This document shows positions 48,893-55,037 of a stretch of DNA of 55,037 nt, one piece after another (the stretch's first letter is position 1; the number at the start of each line of letters is the position of its first letter). The translations under genes and the position numbers were made by a program. Under the pieces are notes generated by a model. The model saw only the letters and a program-made list of their open reading frames with translations. It did not search any database and was not told the origin of the DNA. The DNA is from an uncultured Gammaproteobacteria bacterium (GTDB lineage Bacteria; Patescibacteriota; Patescibacteriia; UBA11705; JABHMO01): contig CAZPBK010000006.1 of the NCBI GenBank assembly GCA_964584985.1, positions 1 through 55,037 on the forward strand, in the 5' to 3' direction.

Positions 48893-49951
48893 ATGAATGC
48901 ACAAAGAAAAGTGGTTGATTTGTCAATCATGACCATTATTAAATTTTTTTTAGTGGTTTTGTTCTTGTTTTTCTTGTATTTGATTAAAGAAGTTTTGGCC
49001 ATTTTGTTCGTGGCTTTGATTTTTGCTTCCGCCGTGGATCCTTGGGTGGATGCTTTGGAAAGGCTAAAAATCCCTCGATGGTTGACTATTTTGTTGATCT
49101 ACGGGTTATTGTTTATCATTGTGTTCTTGGTTGTTTATCTTTTGATTCCGCCAATGAGTGCTCAATTCGGTCAGTTACTGGAGAATTTTCCGGATTATTT
49201 CCAAAAAATAGGCGTGGCTTTTTCTGATTTAAAGAGCTTTTCCGCTCAACACGGGCTTTTTGGCGAAGTTGATTCCGGAATAAATGCGGTTAAACAAAAT
49301 ATTTCAGGAGCCATTGGCTCGGTTTTTCAAACCGTAGCCGGTATTTTTGGTGGAATAGTTTCCTTTTTTGTGGTTTTGGTGGTTACTTTTTATATGACGG
49401 TAGAGGAGAGTGCCATGAAAAGAACCGTAACCTTTTTATTGCCGGAAAGATATCAGCCTTTTACCTTGCAACTGATTAATAAAGTGCAAAGAAAAATTGG
49501 TGCTTGGTTAAAAGGACAATTGATTTTATGTTTAATTATCGGAGTCATGGCCTATGTCGGTTTGTTGATTTTGGGAGTTAATTATGCTTTGGTTTTAGCT
49601 CTTCTGGCAGCGGTTGGTGAGTTTATTCCATATCTCGGACCGGTGCTTTCGGCCGTACCGGCTATTTTCTTGGCTTTTACTCAGTCGCCGTTAAAGGCTC
49701 TTTTGGTTTTGGCTTTGTATGTTTTAATTCAACAAATAGAAAATAATATTTTGGTTCCAAAGGTTATGCAACGAGCCGTTGGTTTGAATCCGATTATCAG
49801 TATTATCGCTCTTTTGGTTGGTGCCAAAATAGCCGGCTTGATTGGAGTTATTTTGGCTATTCCGGTGGCTACCGCCGTTAGTGTTATTGCTCGGGAGTTT
49901 TGGGCGACCAAGGAAAAAGTGACTGAATCTGAAACAGAGTTAAAAACCTAG
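48893..49951 (+). CDS. AI-2E family transporter (UPF0118/PerM-like)
   Basis: 352-aa polytopic protein. The C-terminal half (IPYLGPVLSAVPA, QQIENNILVPKVM, and a following hydrophobic segment) is typical of the family. Confidence 0.8.
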   Translation: MNAQRKVVDLSIMTIIKFFLVVLFLFFLYLIKEVLAILFVALIFASAVDPWVDALERLKIPRWLTILLIYGLLFIIVFLVVYLLIPPMSAQFGQLLENFPDYFQKIGVAFSDLKSFSAQHGLFGEVDSGINAVKQNISGAIGSVFQTVAGIFGGIVSFFVVLVVTFYMTVEESAMKRTVTFLLPERYQPFTLQLINKVQRKIGAWLKGQLILCLIIGVMAYVGLLILGVNYALVLALLAAVGEFIPYLGPVLSAVPAIFLAFTQSPLKALLVLALYVLIQQIENNILVPKVMQRAVGLNPIISIIALLVGAKIAGLIGVILAIPVATAVSVIAREFWATKEKVTESETELKT

Positions 49952-49962
49952 TTTATTAAAGT

Positions 49963-50412
49963 ATGAAAAAAAACAAGACAACAAAGGCAAATTTTTGGCG
50001 TATTGCCGGTTTTATTCTGGTTTTGGTGGTGTTTGTTATTTTTTCATGGGCACTTGTCCGGCTTTATTTATACGAGTCAAAGGTTGAAGGAAAAAGCTCC
50101 TCCTTGACCGAGCAAGCGGATTTTGCTAAGAGTTATCAAGACGAGCCACGGGATTCAAACATAAAAGAGTTGCCTTTGGAGCAAGATTTGGAAAGATTTT
50201 TCAGTGTTTATTTCAATCAAAAGTTTTCCGATCCTGAAAAGCGTTTACAGTTTTTGCAAAGTGAGTATGAACGCTTTGGAAACAAAAAAGTCGGTTCGAA
50301 AAAAAGAGATTTGTATTTGCGTTTTTTCAATACTTACAAAAAGATAATGAAAAATCCCGGTCAGGCTTCAGCCTTGGATCAGGAGTGGGAAGTGATTTAT
50401 AATCAGTTGTAA
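49963..50412 (+). CDS. hypothetical membrane-anchored protein
   Basis: 149 aa with one N-terminal TM helix. Confidence 0.5.
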   Translation: MKKNKTTKANFWRIAGFILVLVVFVIFSWALVRLYLYESKVEGKSSSLTEQADFAKSYQDEPRDSNIKELPLEQDLERFFSVYFNQKFSDPEKRLQFLQSEYERFGNKKVGSKKRDLYLRFFNTYKKIMKNPGQASALDQEWEVIYNQL

Positions 50413-50423
50413 ATAAATATAAA

Positions 50424-51185
50424 ATGTTTGTTCTAAAAAGAATCGTTTTATGGTTGGTACCGTTGTTTTGGGTTGTTGGTTTTGAATGGATAAAAATAAA
50501 CAGAAAAATGTTTTGGTGGTTTGCCTTGTTTTTTTTGTTGTACTTATTGGCTGTGATTTTTATAATTCACAAGGGGCAATTGAGTAAAAGATTTTTGAAT
50601 TTTTTGATTTTGCCCGTGTGTTTGAGTTTTTCAGCTACGGTATTTTTGCTGTTTATGGTTAAAATGGTCTTTTTTCATATGTTTGTAGTTATTATTGCTT
50701 TGGTTCTATATTTACTTTTGTTTCAATATTATTTATATTTTAATTTCCCTCATAAATATCAGCCTTATACTTTGGAAAGTTTAAGCTTTTATGTGGTACT
50801 TTTGACCTTTTTTTTCTCGGTTTCCAGCGCTTTTGCTTCCTTAATACTTTTAAAGTTGGGGGTTTTTTTGGCCCTGAGCTTTTTATTGCCCGTAACCGTT
50901 TTAATCTTATATGAGTTTTTTTGGGTGCATAAAATAAGTTGGAAACGGAATTGGCCGTTTGTGGTTATTCTTTCTCTTTTATCCGGACAGTTTTTTTTGG
51001 CTGTTTCTTATTTGCCGACCGGGTATTATGTAAATTCTTTTTTATTAACTGTTTGTTTGTATATGATGTTGGGCATTTCCCGTTTGTTTTTGCAAAAAAC
51101 TTTTGAAAAAAATAAAATTTTAAAATATTTGACTGTCGGTGGTTTTATGCTGGCCGCTATTATGTTGACAGCCAATTGGACATAA
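50424..51185 (+). CDS. hypothetical polytopic membrane protein
   Basis: 253 aa with about 7 hydrophobic segments and no recognisable motif. Confidence 0.55.
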   Translation: MFVLKRIVLWLVPLFWVVGFEWIKINRKMFWWFALFFLLYLLAVIFIIHKGQLSKRFLNFLILPVCLSFSATVFLLFMVKMVFFHMFVVIIALVLYLLLFQYYLYFNFPHKYQPYTLESLSFYVVLLTFFFSVSSAFASLILLKLGVFLALSFLLPVTVLILYEFFWVHKISWKRNWPFVVILSLLSGQFFLAVSYLPTGYYVNSFLLTVCLYMMLGISRLFLQKTFEKNKILKYLTVGGFMLAAIMLTANWT

Positions 51186-51194
51186 TAAAAAAAT

Positions 51195-52316
51195 ATGAAA
51201 AAACTTAGAATAAATTTTGTTATTTTAATTTTAGTAGTGCTTGTTTTGGGATTTGGTGCCGGAGTTATAGGTGAATTGTGGTTGAACAGTTTTCTTCTTC
51301 CCGAGCCATATCTGGATTTTAAATCTTATTCCGATTTGTCGGGAAAAATTGATGAATTGTTACAAAATCAAAAAACGGATATAAATTTGCACCAGAGAGA
51401 TTTGGCTATTCACGAAACAATTCAAAAAGTTCGGCCGGGATTGGTGAAAATTTATTATGACAAGAACTTTTCTTCTTCATCCGTTGATACTCTTTTGCCC
51501 GATCAACTTTTAGGTCAGGGGGCGATGATTACCAGTGACGGTTGGCTTATGACCGCCGCCAATGTTTTGCCGACAAAAAATAGAGATTATTGGGTGGTGG
51601 CCGATGATCACAAACTTTATAAAAGTGAAGAAATTATGATAGACCAGGATTTGGGAGTGGCTTTTTTGAAAATAAAAGCCGGCAATATGCCGGTGATGGA
51701 ATTTAGTTTGAAAAATAATTTAGTTGATGGTCAGTCGGTGTTTTTGTTTGGTTTTAACGGAGGAATTGCCGGGACAAATATTAAAGATCGGAATTATAGT
51801 GACTTAAGCACCTTGGCCAGTTATAAACATTCCAGTGATGAATTTTATAAATTTATTAATCTTTGTTCTGAAGTGGAAAAAGAATTTCTAGGTAGCCCGG
51901 TTATTACTCTTGACGGAAAAATGGCCGGATTTGTTTCCGATACTTCCGGTTTGGTTGTACCCATAGATCATTTAAGTTCGGTTATGTCCGAATCAGTTCA
52001 AGGACAAGAATGGGCCAGGCCTTATTTAGGAGTTAAATTTTATGATTTAAGTGAGATACTTAATCCTGAAATTGATATAAAAAAAGGCGCCCGGATAGCC
52101 GAAAGAGGGATTGCCTTTAAAAGTCCTTTGAGCGGGTTGGTTGAACCCGGAGATATTATCATTGAAGTTGAAGGAGAGGAGATAAACAAACAAAATAATT
52201 TGCCAAAAATTTTGGCGGCCTATAAGCCGGGAGATAAATTGGAGCTGGGGATTCTTGTTGGAGGAGAAGAGCAAGAAAAAATTAAGGTTGAATTAGGTGG
52301 TATTGACAATAAGTAG
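51195..52316 (+). CDS. HtrA/DegP-like trypsin-fold domain plus PDZ protein, with the catalytic His apparently missing
   Basis: GQGAMITSDGWLMTAANV (compare TNNHV), DLGVAFLKI, FLGSPVITLDGKMAGFV, and a C-terminal PDZ-like domain (GDIIIEVEGEEI). One N-terminal TM helix. Confidence 0.55.
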   Translation: MKKLRINFVILILVVLVLGFGAGVIGELWLNSFLLPEPYLDFKSYSDLSGKIDELLQNQKTDINLHQRDLAIHETIQKVRPGLVKIYYDKNFSSSSVDTLLPDQLLGQGAMITSDGWLMTAANVLPTKNRDYWVVADDHKLYKSEEIMIDQDLGVAFLKIKAGNMPVMEFSLKNNLVDGQSVFLFGFNGGIAGTNIKDRNYSDLSTLASYKHSSDEFYKFINLCSEVEKEFLGSPVITLDGKMAGFVSDTSGLVVPIDHLSSVMSESVQGQEWARPYLGVKFYDLSEILNPEIDIKKGARIAERGIAFKSPLSGLVEPGDIIIEVEGEEINKQNNLPKILAAYKPGDKLELGILVGGEEQEKIKVELGGIDNK

Positions 52317-52373
52317 TTTATGTGATACAATTTGTTTGTTTAACAACTTTATAATAAAATTAAATTTTTAAGT

Positions 52374-53393
52374 ATGAATGATTTTCAACCAATAAATCAT
52401 GCTGAAATTATAAAAAGAGAGTGGCGCAAAGTATTGGTGGTGACCATGGTGGTTTTGCTTTTGGGGCTGGTTATTACTTTGGTGCGACCTTTTGAATATA
52501 GGGCCGAGTCCAGTGTTTATGTGGTACAAAAGTCCAGTTTTAGTATTGACGCTTACAGCGCTTCCAAATCAGAGGAACGAATTGCTTCCAAATTGGGACA
52601 GATTTTATATTCAAGTTCTTTTTTTGAAGAAATTTTAACTTCGGGATATGATATTGAAAAGGATTATTTTCCGGAAGATGAATATAAAAAAAGGAAAAAA
52701 TGGGAAAAAACTGTTGAGACCAAGGTGCCCGGAGGTTTGAGTAAACTGGAGATTTTTGTTTATCATCCAGATCCGAGACAGGCTATGCAGATTTCTCAAG
52801 CCATTACTTATACTTTGACTCATAACAAAGAAGAATTTATAGGTATTAGCGATGTTGATCTGAAAGTCTTGGATTCTCCTTTGGTTTCCAAATACCCGGT
52901 CAGACCCAATGTGTTATTAAATTTGATTCTTGCTTTAGTGATTGGTGGTGCTTTGGGTATAGCCTTTGTTCTTTTGACCTATGATCCGCGGGAGGATGAA
53001 TTACTTGGTTTGTCGGATGAAAATCGTCCCCATTTAATAGAAAAAGATAAGATTAAACAAAAACCAAAGAAAGTAAAAAAATCTAAAAATAAAGAAATAA
53101 AGGATTTGGACGAGATTAAAGACTTGGCCATGGCCGAGGATAATCCTAAAAAGCCGGTGGAAGAGATTAGGGATTTGCCCGATGAAAGCAAAATAGAGAT
53201 TCCCGACATTGGTCAAAAAATCAAGGATCAGCAAGGGGTGGATCAAAAAAATCCAATGGAAAAATCTCAGGAAAAGCGGTCTAAGGAGCTTCAGATTCCG
53301 GATATTCCTCAAGCTGGACAAAAGAAAAAGAAAAATAAAGACTTGCCGGAATTTGCTCAGGAAGACGAAATAATCAATATGCCTCGCAAGTAA
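52374..53393 (+). CDS. Wzz/chain-length-determinant-like membrane protein with a long Lys/Glu-rich cytoplasmic tail
   Basis: N-terminal IIKREWRKVLVV plus a TM helix plus PFEYRAESSVYV, then a second TM helix (LILALVIGGALGIAFVLL). This is the PCP-like topology. Confidence 0.5.
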   Translation: MNDFQPINHAEIIKREWRKVLVVTMVVLLLGLVITLVRPFEYRAESSVYVVQKSSFSIDAYSASKSEERIASKLGQILYSSSFFEEILTSGYDIEKDYFPEDEYKKRKKWEKTVETKVPGGLSKLEIFVYHPDPRQAMQISQAITYTLTHNKEEFIGISDVDLKVLDSPLVSKYPVRPNVLLNLILALVIGGALGIAFVLLTYDPREDELLGLSDENRPHLIEKDKIKQKPKKVKKSKNKEIKDLDEIKDLAMAEDNPKKPVEEIRDLPDESKIEIPDIGQKIKDQQGVDQKNPMEKSQEKRSKELQIPDIPQAGQKKKKNKDLPEFAQEDEIINMPRK

Positions 53394-53412
53394 AATTTTC
53401 CATATTTTAGAT

Positions 53413-53445
53413 AAAAAAAACCGTTGTTTTAAACAGCGGTTTTTG
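53413..53445 (+). terminator. intrinsic terminator of the 48.9-53.4 kb operon
   Basis: ACCGTTG / CAGCGGT stem (one G-T pair) with an A8 run upstream and TTTTT downstream. Confidence 0.65.
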
Positions 53446-53471
53446 GTTTGGTCGAAAAATAATTTTATATC

Positions 53472-53499
53472 TTGACAAAAAATATAATAGTGCTAAAAT
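53472..53499 (+). promoter_or_regulatory. sigma70-like promoter
   Basis: TTGACA (53472-53477), 16 nt spacer, TAAAAT (53494-53499). Confidence 0.6.
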
Positions 53500-53556
53500 A
53501 TACTGTTCACTGTTCATTTATATTATAAATCGAAAACAAAACCGGAGGAAACTGTC

Positions 53557-54630
53557 ATGGAAAAGGACGACAAAAAACAGGGAAAAATCAATGAAGAAAA
53601 AGGAAGAAAGGAACGCCAAGAAGGACGGAGTCCGGAAGTGAAAAAAAACTCGCCGCTGTATGAAGAAGAACAGCGCAAAGCGAGAGCCAGGGAAATTCGA
53701 GCTCGTCAAGAAGGCCGGTGTCCGAAAGTTTGTGAGGGATCTCCCTTATTTTCGGAGAAGGAAAAAGCCTTTCTGGATTTGCCTCCTGACAAACAGGATG
53801 ACCTTTTGAACAGGCAGGCCCAAGCGGTTGGCAGTGGAAAAAGGGATGCCGGAACCGGTTCGGCGCGTTTTATGATCCAGAACCTGATTTCCGAGGTCGC
53901 CAAAGAGGAAAGGCGTAAGGTCGGCCGAGATAAATTGAAAGCCAAACTGGAGGCTTCTGTTAAAAAGCGGGAGCAAGAAGCTTCTTCTTTCGAGGCGGAA
54001 AACATTAGGCTGAGTGATCCCGGTGATCCCGCCAAGAAAAAGCCCGAAGGCTTGGACAATCCTTCCGGGGTAAAAAAGGAGGTCAAGCAAGGTAAAATGT
54101 CTTTGTCTGAAAAGGAAGAGGCAGCCTTGAAGGATCAGTTTTACCTGAAGGAAGAGCCAACAGTGGAAACAGAATTTGATGGAGACATCGAAGCGGATCT
54201 GCTGGTTGACGAATCCAAGTTTGATCAGCAAACTTGGCAAGAGAAAGAAAAGCCAAAAACAACCACGGCTGAATGGTTTATTGAGGATGAGCCGTGGGGT
54301 GATGAGGATTTGGCAGAGGCTGATGAGCCGGAAAAAGATGAATCTAAAATTCCGGCCAAGTCTGAATCAAAGCCCGAGCCCAAGTCCGAGCCTGAACCTG
54401 AACCCGAGTCCAAGGTTAAACCTGAGGACAAGGAAAAAGAGTTCTTGGCTGAGCTGGAAAAAGAGTCTGAGCTGGGAATTGATCCTCAGATTACCAGCGA
54501 GATAGCCAACATTGAGTCTGGTCAATCCGGTCAATCCCGGGACGATGAAGGCTTGAGTGTGGTTATGTTCATGGTGTTTGCTGTGGAATTGGCTACCGGC
54601 TTGACTATGCTCTTTTCTTGGCTAAATTGA
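53557..54630 (+). CDS. highly charged, low-complexity, C-terminally membrane-anchored hypothetical protein
   Basis: 357 aa with a GGAGG SD. Internal repeat RQEGRSPEVKKNSPLYEEE / RQEGRCPKVCEGSPLFSEKE, a KPEPKSEPEPEPES tract, and a hydrophobic last ~25 aa. Confidence 0.6.
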   Translation: MEKDDKKQGKINEEKGRKERQEGRSPEVKKNSPLYEEEQRKARAREIRARQEGRCPKVCEGSPLFSEKEKAFLDLPPDKQDDLLNRQAQAVGSGKRDAGTGSARFMIQNLISEVAKEERRKVGRDKLKAKLEASVKKREQEASSFEAENIRLSDPGDPAKKKPEGLDNPSGVKKEVKQGKMSLSEKEEAALKDQFYLKEEPTVETEFDGDIEADLLVDESKFDQQTWQEKEKPKTTTAEWFIEDEPWGDEDLAEADEPEKDESKIPAKSESKPEPKSEPEPEPESKVKPEDKEKEFLAELEKESELGIDPQITSEIANIESGQSGQSRDDEGLSVVMFMVFAVELATGLTMLFSWLN

Positions 54631-54670
54631 AACAAAAATCACAGGCTGTCGAGCTCTGATCTTATGGGTC

Positions 54671-54699
54671 TTGACAAGCTTGGCGGTCTGTGATACAAT
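54671..54699 (+). promoter_or_regulatory. near-consensus promoter
   Basis: TTGACA, 17 nt spacer, TGaTACAAT. Confidence 0.65.
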
Positions 54700-54755
54700 G
54701 CAATGTTCGTAATTTGAAAATTCAAGTCCCCCTGTGCGGGGGAAAGGAGGAAGAA

Positions 54756-55037
54756 ATGAAGAAAGAACAGAAAGAAAAAAAATCGGCTCAGCCGGCCAGC
54801 AAAGGCCTGATCATGGGAGTACTTGTACTCCTGCTGATTGCGGCCCTCCTGATTCTGGGGGCGTTTGTCCTCCAAAAGAAAGGAGACAAAGAATTGGCTG
54901 GCGGCTTGGCCGTCCTGGCCACCGAGGTGAAGGACACCTCGGACAAGGCTGACAAGGCCATGGCCAAAGCGGTTGAGGCTGAGAAATCAGCCAAGGCGGC
55001 TGAGGACAAGGCTGAGGTTGGGCTTAATCTGGCTCAT
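54756..55037 (+). CDS. N-terminally membrane-anchored Ala/Lys/Glu-rich protein, 5' partial (runs off the window)
   Basis: Not in the ORF track because no stop is reached. AAAGGAGG lies 6 nt upstream of the ATG. Encodes MKKEQKEKKSAQPASKGLIMGVLVLLLIAALLILGAFVL followed by a coiled-coil-like sequence. G+C is 33/60 at 54781-54840. Confidence 0.6.
   Translation, partial: MKKEQKEKKSAQPASKGLIMGVLVLLLIAALLILGAFVLQKKGDKELAGGLAVLATEVKDTSDKADKAMAKAVEAEKSAKAAEDKAEVGLNLAH

Overview
This is a 55-kb, gene-dense, low-G+C bacterial segment using the standard genetic code (TGA, TAA and TAG all act as stops). By inference it looks like a Candidate Phyla Radiation/Patescibacteria (Parcubacteria-like) genome: core genes are AT-rich and lack Shine-Dalgarno sequences, there is a RayT-type transposase carrying REP-like hairpins, and there is one giant multi-domain surface protein. 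No homology search was possible.

Core content:
- Ribosomal proteins: rpmA, secE-nusG-rplK-rplA, rplY (L25/Ctc), rpmE, infC-rpmI-rplT.
- Fe-S assembly: Rrf2 regulator, iscU, Nfu-like protein, cysteine desulfurase.
- dcw-type block: a membrane protein followed by mraY-murD-ftsW.
- Other housekeeping: miaB-miaA, gatB, gyrB, rodA, prfA and prmC, lgt.
- RNA genes: smpB-ssrA (tmRNA) and tRNA-Asp(GUC).
- A six-gene pyrimidine deoxynucleotide cluster: thyA-like, RibD_C-type reductase, Dcd/Dut-like, dCMP deaminase, P-loop kinase, tmk.

Accessory content:
- A higher-G+C left end (1-5 kb) with lipoproteins, a C39-like peptidase fused to Cys-rich repeats, and the RayT gene.
- A 621-aa membrane protein followed by a 2712-aa polytopic giant protein that contains a paralogous copy of it.
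- An envelope operon at 48.9-53.4 kb.
- A higher-G+C right end (53.5-55 kb).

Observations most worth follow-up:
1. The ThyA-family enzyme has Asp at the Asn177 uracil-specificity position, and it sits in a T4-like dNMP-metabolism cluster.
2. A roughly 180-nt GC-rich multi-helix RNA element lies between rplK and rplA, with alternative pairings that resemble a terminator/antiterminator switch.
3. Two tandem units, each with a promoter, a small RNA and a terminator, lie downstream of gatB.
4. GTAG-flanked REP-like palindromes are embedded in frame inside the RayT gene.
5. The giant protein and its paralog form a surface-protein locus.
6. Genes fall into two classes: AT-rich core genes without a Shine-Dalgarno sequence, and G+C-richer orphan cassettes with AGGAGG and their own promoter and terminator.

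All coordinates of hairpins, promoters and alternative starts were counted by hand from the sequence.
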